From an uncultured bacterium (GTDB lineage: Bacteria; Methylomirabilota; Methylomirabilia; Methylomirabilales; CSP1-5), in NCBI GenBank assembly GCA_964558395.1, contig CAZLDS010000006.1, positions 18,402 through 82,401 on the forward strand: a stretch of DNA of 64,000 bases, given 5' to 3'. Below the pieces are notes generated by a model. That model was not told where the DNA came from, made no database searches, and was given only the letters and a program-made list of their open reading frames with translations. Shown here piece after piece: positions 46,647 to 56,325 of the stretch. Every line of letters starts with the position of its first letter. Position 1 is the stretch's first letter. A program made the position numbers and the translations under genes.

Positions 46647-47260
46647 CGGTTCGCGTTAAGGTCTGTGGGATCACAAACGCAAAGGACGCGGAGTTGGCGG
46701 CTGACGCCGGTGTCGATGCGCTCGGCTTCATCTTCGTTCCGCGGACGCCGCGATATATTGACCTAGAGACGGCCCGCGGGATCATTCACGATCTGCCACC
46801 CTTTATCACTCCCGTGGGAGTCTTTGCCGATCACCCTGTCGCAGAGGTTGATCAAATCATGGCGCGGTGTGGACTTCGCACGGCCCAGCTTCATGGGTCC
46901 GAGGCTCCAGCATATTGTGAGGAGATCACAGCATCCGTGATCAAAGCCTTTCGCGTGGGGCGTGAGCGAGTCTTTCCGCAACTGGGGGCCTACCGCGTGC
47001 ACGCCTATCTCCTCGATAGCTTCGTTGAGGGGAAATTGGGTGGGACGGGCAACACTTTTCCGCTCGAGCTGGCATCGCGTGCTAAGAGCTTTGGGCGGGT
47101 GATCATCGCGGGAGGACTGACCCCGGAGAATGTGGCTCAGGTGATTAATGCAGTGCAGCCGTACGGGGTGGATGTGTCGAGCGGTGTGGAAGCGAAGCCG
47201 GGTCGGAAGGACCCCCTCAAGCTGCATGACTTCTTGGGGGCGGTGAGGGGAGCAGCGTGA
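46643..47260 (+). CDS. trpF: phosphoribosylanthranilate isomerase
   Basis: 205 aa. [31 protein letters not shown]. Confidence 0.9.
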   Translation: MTVRVKVCGITNAKDAELAADAGVDALGFIFVPRTPRYIDLETARGIIHDLPPFITPVGVFADHPVAEVDQIMARCGLRTAQLHGSEAPAYCEEITASVIKAFRVGRERVFPQLGAYRVHAYLLDSFVEGKLGGTGNTFPLELASRAKSFGRVIIAGGLTPENVAQVINAVQPYGVDVSSGVEAKPGRKDPLKLHDFLGAVRGAA

Positions 47261-48465
47261 CCTGGGATTTTCCAAATCGAGGGGGTCATTTTGGGCGATA
47301 TGGAGGACAGTATGTCCCCGAGACGCTGATGACCGCGCTGCAGGAACTCGAACGGGTGTTTCTCGAAGCGAGACAAGACCCCGGGTTTCAAGCGGAACTG
47401 GATTATTACTTGCATAGATACGCCGGGAGACCGACCCCCCTCTATTTTGCCCAGCGTCTTACTGACAAGCTCGGTGGAGCAAGGATCTATCTCAAGCGAG
47501 AAGATCTCTGTCATACGGGGGCCCACAAGATCAATAATACCTTGGGACAGGTGCTGCTGACCCGCCGCATGGGGAAGCGGAGGGTCATCGCAGAAACCGG
47601 GGCAGGACAACATGGAGTGGCCACGGCCACCGCGGCGGCCCTCTTCGGCCTTGAGTGTGAAGTTTACATGGGCACAGAGGATATGCGGCGGCAAGCCCTC
47701 AACGTGTTTCGGATGCGACTCTTGGGGGCCAAGGTGACGCCGGTGGATGCCGGGAGCCGAACGCTGAAAGACGCGATCAATGAGGCGATGCGGGACTGGG
47801 TCACAAATGTTGATGATACGCACTATGTTCTCGGCTCTGCCCTGGGGGGTCATCCGTTTCCCATGATGGTCCGTGATTTCCAATCAGTCATTGGGCGGGA
47901 GGCCCGCGCAGACATTCTCGAAGCGGAGGGCCGGCTTCCCGATGTCTTGCTTGCGTGCGTGGGGGGCGGCTCGAACGCTATTGGCCTCTTCTACCCGTTT
48001 ATCGATGATGTCGACGTCCGAATGATTGGCGTAGAGGCAGGAGGCTTGGGGATCGAGTCCGGCAAGCATGCGGCGCGCTTCGCCGCTGGCGCGCCAGGCG
48101 TCCTTCACGGGACACTGAGCTACATCCTGCAAGACGCCGACGGCCAAATTCAGACCACCCACTCGGTGTCGGCGGGGCTCGACTATCCCGGCGTGGGACC
48201 GGAGCATACGTACCTTCGGGAGGTCGGCCGCGCCACATATGTGTGGGTCACCGATGAAGAGGCCATTCGGGGCTTCCAGCTCCTAGCAGCCTACGAAGGC
48301 ATTATCCCGGCCCTCGAATGTGCCCACGCGGTTGCCTATGCGACGACGCTGGCTCCTGAAATGGGACGGAATGGTGTCCTACTGATTAACCTGTCTGGCC
48401 GCGGGGACAAAGACGTTGAACTTGTGGCGCAGATCATTGAGGGATATAGCCGACCCACGGAGTAG
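47257..48465 (+). CDS. trpB: tryptophan synthase beta chain
   Basis: 402 aa. [21 protein letters not shown] (PLP Lys), [11 protein letters not shown] start overlaps the trpF stop. Confidence 0.92.
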   Translation: MTWDFPNRGGHFGRYGGQYVPETLMTALQELERVFLEARQDPGFQAELDYYLHRYAGRPTPLYFAQRLTDKLGGARIYLKREDLCHTGAHKINNTLGQVLLTRRMGKRRVIAETGAGQHGVATATAAALFGLECEVYMGTEDMRRQALNVFRMRLLGAKVTPVDAGSRTLKDAINEAMRDWVTNVDDTHYVLGSALGGHPFPMMVRDFQSVIGREARADILEAEGRLPDVLLACVGGGSNAIGLFYPFIDDVDVRMIGVEAGGLGIESGKHAARFAAGAPGVLHGTLSYILQDADGQIQTTHSVSAGLDYPGVGPEHTYLREVGRATYVWVTDEEAIRGFQLLAAYEGIIPALECAHAVAYATTLAPEMGRNGVLLINLSGRGDKDVELVAQIIEGYSRPTE

Positions 48466-48480
48466 AGACGTACAGGTTCG

Positions 48481-49284
48481 ATGGGGGCGATGAATCGGAT
48501 CGACCACTGTTTTGCGGAACTCCGCGCAGCCAACGGGAAGGTCTTGATCCCCTTCATCACTGCGGGGGACCCGGACCTTACGACCACCAGGGATCTGGGG
48601 TGGGCTTTTGAAGAGGCGGGGGGAGATCTCCTGGAGCTCGGCGTTCCCTTTTCCGATCCCCTGGCCGATGGGACGACCATTCAGCGCGCGAGTCAACGGG
48701 CGCTCGAAAACGGGGTCACCTTAAAGGGCGTCATCGGGATTGTCGAGCAGATTCGTGCCCGATCCCAAATGCCGATTGTGCTCATGAGTTATGTGAATCC
48801 GATCCTTCGCATGGGGGTACGCGAGTTCGTCGCTCGGGCGAGTGGCGCCGGGGTGGACGGGGTCATCATGCCGGACCTGCCCCCTGAGGAGGCCCAAGAC
48901 CTACAGAACTGCTGCGCAGACTCTGCGATTCATACGATCTTTCTGGCCGCGCCCACGAGCAGCGACGCTCGCCTCGCCCGGATCGTGGAGTCTTCTCAAG
49001 GATACATTTACTATGTTTCGTTAAAGGGGGTAACGGGCGCCAGGGAGTCGGTTCAAGCCAACCTTGAAGTGTCCCTCAATCGCTTGCGGCGGTTGACTGA
49101 GAAGCCCATTGCCGTTGGATTTGGTATCAGTACGCCTACCCAGGTGTCACAAATCGCGAGGCTCGTCGACGGCATCATCGTCGGATCAGCCATCGTTGAC
49201 CGTATTGAGCAACGGAGAGGCCATCCGGGAATGACGGGGGAAGTGGCGAAATTTGTCCAAAGCTTGAAGCAGGCGACGCGATAG
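48481..49284 (+). CDS. trpA: tryptophan synthase alpha chain
   Basis: 267 aa. IPFITAGDP, LELGVPFSDPLADGTTIQ, GFGIS. The ATG at 48490 is an alternative start. Confidence 0.9.
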   Translation: MGAMNRIDHCFAELRAANGKVLIPFITAGDPDLTTTRDLGWAFEEAGGDLLELGVPFSDPLADGTTIQRASQRALENGVTLKGVIGIVEQIRARSQMPIVLMSYVNPILRMGVREFVARASGAGVDGVIMPDLPPEEAQDLQNCCADSAIHTIFLAAPTSSDARLARIVESSQGYIYYVSLKGVTGARESVQANLEVSLNRLRRLTEKPIAVGFGISTPTQVSQIARLVDGIIVGSAIVDRIEQRRGHPGMTGEVAKFVQSLKQATR

Positions 49285-49292
49285 GGCCAGCG

Positions 49293-51089
49293 GTGGGAAG
49301 ACAGCGACAGACACGGCCAACCAAAGAGGAATCTCGAGCAGAGGTGCGACGGCTTCTCGCTCGTTATCAGAAGGAGCTCGACCGCAAGAAGGCGCGGATC
49401 GCCGCCCTGGAGATGGAGCTCAAGACACAACATCTTCGGGTCAAACTTCTCCAGGCGATACGCCGAGCTTCCACCGCCACTCTGCACCTCGACTCGCTGT
49501 TCCATGGCATCTTGCGGGTCGTTTTGCAGACGATGGTCGCTGATTACGGGATGCTCGTACAAATCGATCCCGACAAAAGGACGGTCCTCTTTGGGGTGCA
49601 GCGGGGAAAGGATGGATCCTTAATCCCACGCAGGGGAGCCTCTTTCAACCGGGAATATCGCCAACGACTCTTTAGGGCCAACGAGGCCGCACGCGTCCGA
49701 AACCTCGAGGGGACACCGCCCGGCTGGAGCATCCCGCGATCTAAGGGGCGACGAGTTTCCCTCCTCATCGTGCCGTTACGGGCTTCTGGCCGCACAGTCG
49801 GAGTGCTAGAACTGCTCCGCCTTCCGCCTTCGCCTCCCTTCAAATCGGAAGATGCCGACTTGGTGGCTACGATGGAACACCAGCTCGGAATGGCGATGGA
49901 GAATACCCGTCTCTACTCCGAGTCCGCCAAACGGGTCAAGCAGTCCTCAACCTTAATGGAGCTGAGCGCCATCCTCAACTCCACCCTCCAAATCTCAGAG
50001 GTGTTGCGGCTAGCCGTTGAAGCTGCCACGCGTCTTATGGAGTGTGAAGTCGGGTCGCTCCTCCTGCTGAACGAGCAGTGCGACGAGCTGGTGTTTGAGG
50101 TCGCCTTAGGGGAGCGGGGGAGAGAGGTGAAGGAGGTCCGGCTGAAGGTGGGAGAGGGGATTGCCGGATGGGTAGCCAAGACGGGGAGACCAACACTTGT
50201 GGACGATGTCCGTGGAGATTCCCGCTTTTCGCGTCGGGTTGACGCCCGAACCCATTTCGTGACCCGTAATATGATTTGCGTTCCTGTAAGGAGTCGGGGG
50301 CGGATCATCGGGGTCCTGCAAGCCATCAACCGACGCACCGATCGTCCCTTTGATACAGAAGACCAATGCTTATTCGAGTCTTTGGCACGTCAGGTGGGAA
50401 TCGCGATTGAGAATGCGCGGCTGTACGAACAGGTGAAGGAAACCTTCTTTAGCACGGCGGCGACCTTAGCGGAAGCGATCGAAAAGCGGGATCCATACAC
50501 CGGGGGCCATGTCCGGCGCGTTGTGGAGATCTCGTTGGCCGTGGGGAGGGAATTGGGCCTCAGTCCAGAAGAGAAGGAGACGCTCCATCTCGCCGCCATT
50601 TTGCACGATGTGGGCAAAATCGGCATCCGGGACGTCATCCTCCTCAAACAGGGCCCCTTGACCCCCGAAGAATTGGATCAGATTCGCGAGCATCCACAGC
50701 TTGGGGCAGAGATTCTCGCCCCAATCAAGCAGCTCGAGGCAGTGATCCCGGCGGTGCGATATCACCAGGAACGGTGCGATGGCCAGGGGTATCCGGAGGG
50801 GCTAAAGGGGGAAGAGATTCCCCTGGCCTCCCGGATCATCGCTGTGGCCGACACCTTCGACGCGATGACCACGGACCGCCCCTACCGACCGCGGATAAGC
50901 GATGAAGCAGCCATCGAGGAAATCGGACGATGCACCGGCTCCCAATTCGACCCGGAGGTGGTTGAGGCGTTCATGCGCGCCTGTCGGGCGGGTCGAATCA
51001 ATTCAGAGGCGTTGCAGGCCGCGGAAAAAGAGGCAGGGCAGCAAGTGGTCGATCTGTCGGTTTCGCCGGTGTCTGGAGGCGCCCTATGA
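49293..51089 (+). CDS. GAF-GAF-HD-GYP domain protein (probable c-di-GMP phosphodiesterase / signalling protein)
   Basis: 598 aa. N-terminal coiled coil, two GAF-like domains (GIAGWVAKTGRP..), HD-GYP domain (AAILHDVGKIG, YHQERCDGQGYPEGL, VADTFDAMTTDRPYR). Confidence 0.8.
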   Translation: MGRQRQTRPTKEESRAEVRRLLARYQKELDRKKARIAALEMELKTQHLRVKLLQAIRRASTATLHLDSLFHGILRVVLQTMVADYGMLVQIDPDKRTVLFGVQRGKDGSLIPRRGASFNREYRQRLFRANEAARVRNLEGTPPGWSIPRSKGRRVSLLIVPLRASGRTVGVLELLRLPPSPPFKSEDADLVATMEHQLGMAMENTRLYSESAKRVKQSSTLMELSAILNSTLQISEVLRLAVEAATRLMECEVGSLLLLNEQCDELVFEVALGERGREVKEVRLKVGEGIAGWVAKTGRPTLVDDVRGDSRFSRRVDARTHFVTRNMICVPVRSRGRIIGVLQAINRRTDRPFDTEDQCLFESLARQVGIAIENARLYEQVKETFFSTAATLAEAIEKRDPYTGGHVRRVVEISLAVGRELGLSPEEKETLHLAAILHDVGKIGIRDVILLKQGPLTPEELDQIREHPQLGAEILAPIKQLEAVIPAVRYHQERCDGQGYPEGLKGEEIPLASRIIAVADTFDAMTTDRPYRPRISDEAAIEEIGRCTGSQFDPEVVEAFMRACRAGRINSEALQAAEKEAGQQVVDLSVSPVSGGAL

Positions 51090-51856
51090 AGTATCGGGTT
51101 CTGGGTTGCTTTGGCGGCGAGGCCCCACGGTTTCACCTGTCGAGCTTCCTCTTGGATGACACCCTGCTCATCGATGCCGGCTCGGTGACGTCGATTCTGG
51201 AAATTCCTGCGCAGGCCCGGATCGAAAACGTCCTCTTGACGCATTCCCACCTGGATCACGTGCGTGGACTTTGTCACCTGGCCGATAACATGTTTGGGCG
51301 TCGCGACTGGCCCATCCTTGTGTACAGTATCGAACCGATTCTGGAATCACTCAAGCATTCTCTCCTGAATAATGTGTTGTGGCCCGATTTCACAGAGATC
51401 CCCGATTCCAACTTGCCCATCCTCGATTTTCGGGCCCTCCCTGAAGGGAAACCGAGCGTCCTCGGCACGTTCCGCGTGACGCCCGTCCGTCTCTCGCATA
51501 CGGTGGTCAGCGTGGGCTACCTCCTCGAAGGTGAGTTTGGTGCTTTGCTCCACCTTGGAGACACCGGTCCTACGGAGGCTGTCTGGCACGCCGCTAAGGA
51601 GGTGCCAAATCTAAAAGCCGTAACGATCGGGGTGACCTTCCCCAACCGGCTGCAACATCTCGCAGACCTGAGCGGGCATCTCACTCCCCAGGGTCTCAAG
51701 GCAGAGCTTGTCAAACTCTCTGGCAAAGTCAGCGTGTATGTGTATCATATGAAGCCACAGTTTGCGCCGGAGATCATTAGGGAGCTCGAAGAGTTCGTTC
51801 CAGAGTGTCAAATCTTGGAGCAGGGAAAGGAGTACCGGTTCGCACCGGTCTCTTGA
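51086..51856 (+). CDS. class-II 3',5'-cyclic-nucleotide phosphodiesterase-like metallo-beta-lactamase-fold protein
   Basis: 256 aa. LLTHSHLDHVRGL matches the class-II PDE HxHLDH signature. Start overlaps the stop of the HD-GYP gene (ATGA). Confidence 0.7.
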   Translation: MKYRVLGCFGGEAPRFHLSSFLLDDTLLIDAGSVTSILEIPAQARIENVLLTHSHLDHVRGLCHLADNMFGRRDWPILVYSIEPILESLKHSLLNNVLWPDFTEIPDSNLPILDFRALPEGKPSVLGTFRVTPVRLSHTVVSVGYLLEGEFGALLHLGDTGPTEAVWHAAKEVPNLKAVTIGVTFPNRLQHLADLSGHLTPQGLKAELVKLSGKVSVYVYHMKPQFAPEIIRELEEFVPECQILEQGKEYRFAPVS

Positions 51857-51866
51857 GGGCCGTCTG

Positions 51867-52346
51867 ATGATCACGGACCGACAGGGGATCACCGTCATGG
51901 AGATTTTGATAGTCCTCACTGTGGCGGCAATCTTGGCGGCGCTGGCAACGCCGTGGATCCTCGGAGCCATCGAGTCCTACAGGCTCAGGACGGCTGCCTG
52001 GGAGGTGGCAGGGGACTTGCGCCTGGCTCGACAGAGGGCGGTGAGCACGCAGGTTCGCCACCGGTTCTGCATTTCAAACTGCGACAGTCCGGTCCCCACG
52101 GGAGGGTACATCTTGGAGCGAGAAGGGACGCCCCGCTGGACTCTAGATCTGGCGCGGGCCGATCTCCCCAATGGAGTCGCCCTCTTTCCCGCAACCCTCA
52201 CAGACGGTAAGCTTACTTTCGAGGCAAAGGGTGAGGTTGACGGAGCATGGGGCTGCATAGAGGTGACCAACGGAACGAGAGGTTACCAGATAGTCACTGC
52301 TTCCTCGGGTCGTGTTCGGGTGGACAAGGGAGCTTGTCCACCATGA
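51867..52346 (+). CDS. fimT: type IV minor pilin, GspH/FimT-like
   Basis: The start at 51867 gives MITDRQG|ITVMEILIVLTVAAILAALA, a prepilin leader with Gly-1 and Glu+5. The listed ORF start at 51762 overlaps the preceding gene. GspH-like C-terminus ...SGRVRV. Confidence 0.7.
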   Translation: MITDRQGITVMEILIVLTVAAILAALATPWILGAIESYRLRTAAWEVAGDLRLARQRAVSTQVRHRFCISNCDSPVPTGGYILEREGTPRWTLDLARADLPNGVALFPATLTDGKLTFEAKGEVDGAWGCIEVTNGTRGYQIVTASSGRVRVDKGACPP

Positions 52347-52843
52347 GGAGGCTTTTTGGAGCAGAGGGGGGCCTCACTCTCCCCGAAGTTCTTATCTCGG
52401 CCGTCATTATCACCGTGGCGGTCCTGGCAGTCGTGGGTCTCTTTCCCACAGCCCTGCAGAATGTCCAATACGGGGGACATATGAGCCAGGCTTTGTCCTT
52501 AGGGCAGGAAATGATCGAGATGATCCGAACCCAGCCGTTCCTCACGGTTTCCAGCTATAATGGTCTGGACACGGAAACCACCCCAGGGGTCCTTCCCCCA
52601 GTCGTCCAGAGTCACTATGGCCAGTGGAAGGCTGACATCGCCCCGGCGAATCCGGCTGGAGCCCTCCCTCAAGGATTAGGGACCATTACCATAACACCAG
52701 TGGGGGTAAATCCAGATGGATCACTGGAGATACCCCCAAGTGATGGAGTGACCGACCTTTTCCAAGTTACCATCACAATCAGTTGGCGCGAGAGAGGAAC
52801 CCAAACGATTACTTTGTTAACCTATGTGGCTCCACATGACTGA
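52343..52843 (+). CDS. pilV: type IV minor pilin, PilV-like
   Basis: The start at 52343 (ATGA overlap) gives MRRLFGAEGG|LTLPEVLISAVIITVAVLAVV, with Glu+5. Confidence 0.65.
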   Translation: MRRLFGAEGGLTLPEVLISAVIITVAVLAVVGLFPTALQNVQYGGHMSQALSLGQEMIEMIRTQPFLTVSSYNGLDTETTPGVLPPVVQSHYGQWKADIAPANPAGALPQGLGTITITPVGVNPDGSLEIPPSDGVTDLFQVTITISWRERGTQTITLLTYVAPHD

Positions 52844-53513
52844 CGGCAAACGTAGAACTATCTATGTAAGCAGGGAGGGGGGCTTTTCTCTTGCGGAGGT
52901 CCTCGTTGCAGCCACCGTGGGCAGTATCGTGCTCCTCGGCCTCTACCTGCTGTACGATGTAAACCAAGTCACTTTTATCAGGGGCGAGCAGCAGACCGAT
53001 CTGCAGCAAAACGCCCGGATCGGCATGGACCGGATTGTGCGAGAACTGCGGCTGGCGGGTAGTGATCCGTCCGGCGTCCTGACGGGCGGTCCAGCAATTC
53101 CTGGAGGGAAAGACGAGTGCGAAGGTGACCCCGTTCCTGGAAAAGCTGTTGAAAATGCAGAGGCGACGTGTATTCGGTTCTATGCCGATGTGGATTCGGG
53201 CTCCCCCCCCGACACCGAGCGGGTCGAGTATAGCTACGATGCTGCCGCGGGGGTACTGCAGCGGCGACAGTGGAAGGTGGACGGGACATCAAATGGAGCC
53301 CAGCCTCTGGCGGAGCGAGTGACGGCCCTCACCCTGACGTACTACGATGAGATGGGCAATGTGCTGCCAACGCCGGTCGCGGCCGGCAGTCTCGACGTCA
53401 TCCGACGCATCTCGCTGTTAATACAAACAGAGGATACTCAGACCGGAAGAGTTCCCAATCCTTTTATCCTGCGGGGGGAAGTCCGTCCAAGGAATCTGGG
53501 ATTGAGTCCATGA
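52836..53513 (+). CDS. pilW: type IV minor pilin, PilW-like
   Basis: MTDGKRRTIYVSREGG|FSLAEVLVAATVGSIVLLGLYLL, with Glu+5. About 225 aa. Overlaps the pilV-like stop. Confidence 0.65.
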   Translation: MTDGKRRTIYVSREGGFSLAEVLVAATVGSIVLLGLYLLYDVNQVTFIRGEQQTDLQQNARIGMDRIVRELRLAGSDPSGVLTGGPAIPGGKDECEGDPVPGKAVENAEATCIRFYADVDSGSPPDTERVEYSYDAAAGVLQRRQWKVDGTSNGAQPLAERVTALTLTYYDEMGNVLPTPVAAGSLDVIRRISLLIQTEDTQTGRVPNPFILRGEVRPRNLGLSP

Positions 53514-53589
53514 GTATTCTGAGGGATTAGCTAGGAACTGCCGTCCAAGGGGGTGGAGAAGTTCATCTCGCCCTTACAGGGAGAGCACT

Positions 53590-54855
53590 GTGAAGACGCA
53601 TTGGACAGGCGAACAGGGAATCACGCTCGTCATCACGCTCTTGGTAATCACTCTCCTTTTGGTGATGGGAAGTGCTTTCATGAGTATCTCCTCCACAGAA
53701 ACCCTGATCGCAATCAACGAGCGGAATCGTGTCCAGGCGTTCCACCTCGCCGAAGCCGGGGTTGACCACGCCATCGCGGCGTTGAACGCCGATCCGTTGA
53801 ATGCCGATCCAACGTATGCGGGGACATCGGGAGAGCAGGGCCTGGGACCCGTCGGGACGTATGATGTGGATGTCTGTCCCCCCACGTGCAATCCGCCCAT
53901 TGTCGCGCCTTGTAATCCAGGCCAGCGAATCATTTCAGGAATAGGCTATGTCCCCAATGGGGGGGTGCTCACCAGGGCGATGGCTCAAGTGGAAGTCCTC
54001 GTGCAGCGGGGTTCACCGTTCCAGTTTGGCCTGTTCGGGATAAACACATTTGGACTTGAATCGTCGGGGACTGGCGTGGTGGTGGACAGTTACGACTCGA
54101 GTAAAGGATATTATGGCGAAGAAATCGCGCCTGGCATATTCAACAAAGGGTCTGAGGGAGATATTCACAGTAATGGGAATATCAATATCGGGGACAATAG
54201 TACTGTGAAGGGCAACGCCCAAGCGGTAGGCACTGTACAGGAAGGAGCAGGCGTTACCATAACGGGCACGCGGACTGAGGGTGTCCCGAGCATCGGGGTC
54301 GCCACGAGTATCAGCCCTCCGGCGTGTACCGGTGATGTTGGGATCTCGCCGGGCGGGAGCTATGTCTACGATTCTGGAGATTGTAGCCTCATTGTGAGCG
54401 CGAACGAGACGGTGACCTTCGACCAGGGGACCCATTCCTTTGGTAAAATTACCGTGGAGTCGGGTGCAAAGCTCGCCGTAAACGGCCCAGTGACGCTTTG
54501 TATGACTGACCAATTCAAGGCCCAGAAAAATACGGTGATCAATACCAGTCACATCCCGGGGAACCTGATGATCTTTTCCTCATACAACGGGACCGATGGG
54601 AATGGAACAGACGCCATGGTGATGGCGTCTTTGGCGGCGGGTGAAACGGGTGAGTTTTACGCGGGGATTTACGCCTTGAATGGCGAGGTGAAATTCAATA
54701 ACGGTGGATGGCAGATCTATGGGGCTATCGTCGCGAAAGAGCTTGACATCGAGGATAAAAGCCAATTCCATTACGATTTGGCCCTGGCCAGTTCGACGAG
54801 TCCTGCCGGCAAATTCAGACCCACGGCCGGAACCTGGCGCGAGATATTTTATTAA
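53590..54855 (+). CDS. pilX: PilX-N-domain protein, unusually long (421 aa) with repetitive beta-rich C-terminal region
   Basis: N-terminus GEQGITLVITLLVITLLLVMGSAFMSISSTETLIAINERNRVQAFHLAEAGVDHAIAAL is PilX_N-like. The C-terminal roughly 280 aa are Gly/Asn/Val-rich (GDIHSNGNINIGDNSTVKGNAQAVGTV). Confidence 0.6.
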   Translation: MKTHWTGEQGITLVITLLVITLLLVMGSAFMSISSTETLIAINERNRVQAFHLAEAGVDHAIAALNADPLNADPTYAGTSGEQGLGPVGTYDVDVCPPTCNPPIVAPCNPGQRIISGIGYVPNGGVLTRAMAQVEVLVQRGSPFQFGLFGINTFGLESSGTGVVVDSYDSSKGYYGEEIAPGIFNKGSEGDIHSNGNINIGDNSTVKGNAQAVGTVQEGAGVTITGTRTEGVPSIGVATSISPPACTGDVGISPGGSYVYDSGDCSLIVSANETVTFDQGTHSFGKITVESGAKLAVNGPVTLCMTDQFKAQKNTVINTSHIPGNLMIFSSYNGTDGNGTDAMVMASLAAGETGEFYAGIYALNGEVKFNNGGWQIYGAIVAKELDIEDKSQFHYDLALASSTSPAGKFRPTAGTWREIFY

Positions 54856-55263
54856 CAAATTACTCCAGAACATTCGCCGCATCACGATTAACCTCACCGC
54901 GCAATGCCGCAGGAATGGTCAATGGCCTTCCCTCAGCGGATCTCTGTTCGTGGTTTCTTGACGAAGTCTCAAGGAAATGATGTGCTGACGGGGAGCCTCC
55001 CTGGGCCGGGAAACCTCGCGCCGGTAGCGACGTCCACAGTGGAAATTGCCGCCAGGAAATCCGAATGTCGTACGGAGGCACGGTCGGGCAATTCGCCAGA
55101 ATCATGCATTCGCCTGCGGCCGGCCAAACGCCGATATATGCTGTTTTTGCCAGAAAGACAGCATGAAAGGGAATTGGCCCATTTTTTGCTTGACAAATTG
55201 GCGTACCGAGATTAACGGTTTCAAGTGATTCAAGTCATCTATGGATAAGGAAAGGGTTTTCTG

Positions 55264-56325
55264 ATGCTGGGTCGTTTTCAGCGCGGCAAGGGGCTTCTGG
55301 GACTCGATATTGGAACGAGCTCGGTGAAGACTGTGCAGCTCAGGGCGTCTGGAAAGAAGCACGAGCTGGTCCATCTAGGTATTGCACCGCTGCCTCCAGA
55401 GGCCATTGTTGATGGAGCGATCATGGATGGCGGTGCGGTGATCGCGGCACTGCAGCAGATCTTTGACGAGCACAAGATAACCGTCAAGGATGTCGCCGTC
55501 GGAGTCTCTGGGCATTCGGTTATTATTAAACCAGTCAAGATGCCCTTGATGAAACCGCAGGAGCTGGCCGAATCGATCCAGTGGGAGGCGGAACAGCACA
55601 TCCCCTTTGCGATTGAGGATGTGAACGTCGATTACGAAATTCTGCGGAGCCCCCCCGGGGCGGTAGAAATGGACGTGCTCCTCGTGGCGGTAAAGAAAGA
55701 CATCATCAGTGAGTACCTGACCGTGGCGTCCTCGGCGGGCCTGCACGTCTCCATTGTGGACGTGGATGCTTTTGCCGTGGCGAATGCGTATGAAGCAGCG
55801 TATGAGGTAACCCCAGAGGAGGTCGTCGCCTTGCTGCATGTGGGGGCCGCCGTCACAACCGTGAGTATTCTGCGCGGTGGAACCGTCCTCTTTACCCGGG
55901 ACAGCGTCCTTGGGGGAAACCGGTACAACGAATCGATCCAGAAGATGCTGGGTGTAAGCTACGAGCAGGCGGAGACGTTAAAGCTGGGGGGCCAGGTGGA
56001 AGGATACACGGCAGCGGACGCTCAGCCAGCCATCGATCTCGTCAACGCAGAGCTGGCCGGCGACGTCCGGCGTTCGATCGATTTCTTTCGCTCAGCAGCG
56101 CCGTCGGGAATGATCCACCGAATGATGGTGAGCGGCGGGGTGGCGCGCCTTCCGCGCTTCGTACCCTTCCTGAGCGAGTCTCTGGACCTCCGATTAGAAA
56201 TCGCCAACCCGCTGCGCCATGTAAAGGCGGACTCCAAGCAGTTTGATCCTGAGTATCTGGAGTATATCGGGCCACAGCTATCCGTCGGAGTTGGGCTTGC
56301 ACTACGGGAGGTAGGGGACAAATGA
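55264..56325 (+). CDS. pilM: type IV pilus assembly protein PilM (actin-like ATPase fold)
   Basis: 353 aa. GLDIGTSSVKTVQL, VDVDAFAVANAY, conserved operon position. Confidence 0.9.
   Translation: MLGRFQRGKGLLGLDIGTSSVKTVQLRASGKKHELVHLGIAPLPPEAIVDGAIMDGGAVIAALQQIFDEHKITVKDVAVGVSGHSVIIKPVKMPLMKPQELAESIQWEAEQHIPFAIEDVNVDYEILRSPPGAVEMDVLLVAVKKDIISEYLTVASSAGLHVSIVDVDAFAVANAYEAAYEVTPEEVVALLHVGAAVTTVSILRGGTVLFTRDSVLGGNRYNESIQKMLGVSYEQAETLKLGGQVEGYTAADAQPAIDLVNAELAGDVRRSIDFFRSAAPSGMIHRMMVSGGVARLPRFVPFLSESLDLRLEIANPLRHVKADSKQFDPEYLEYIGPQLSVGVGLALREVGDK

Noticed and set aside
54904-55215. 103-aa ORF in the pilX-pilM gap considered as a missing pilus gene.
   Set aside because: It has no SD, no prepilin leader and no hydrophobic segment, and its composition is Arg/Ser/Pro-rich. 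It is not supportable as a CDS from sequence alone.
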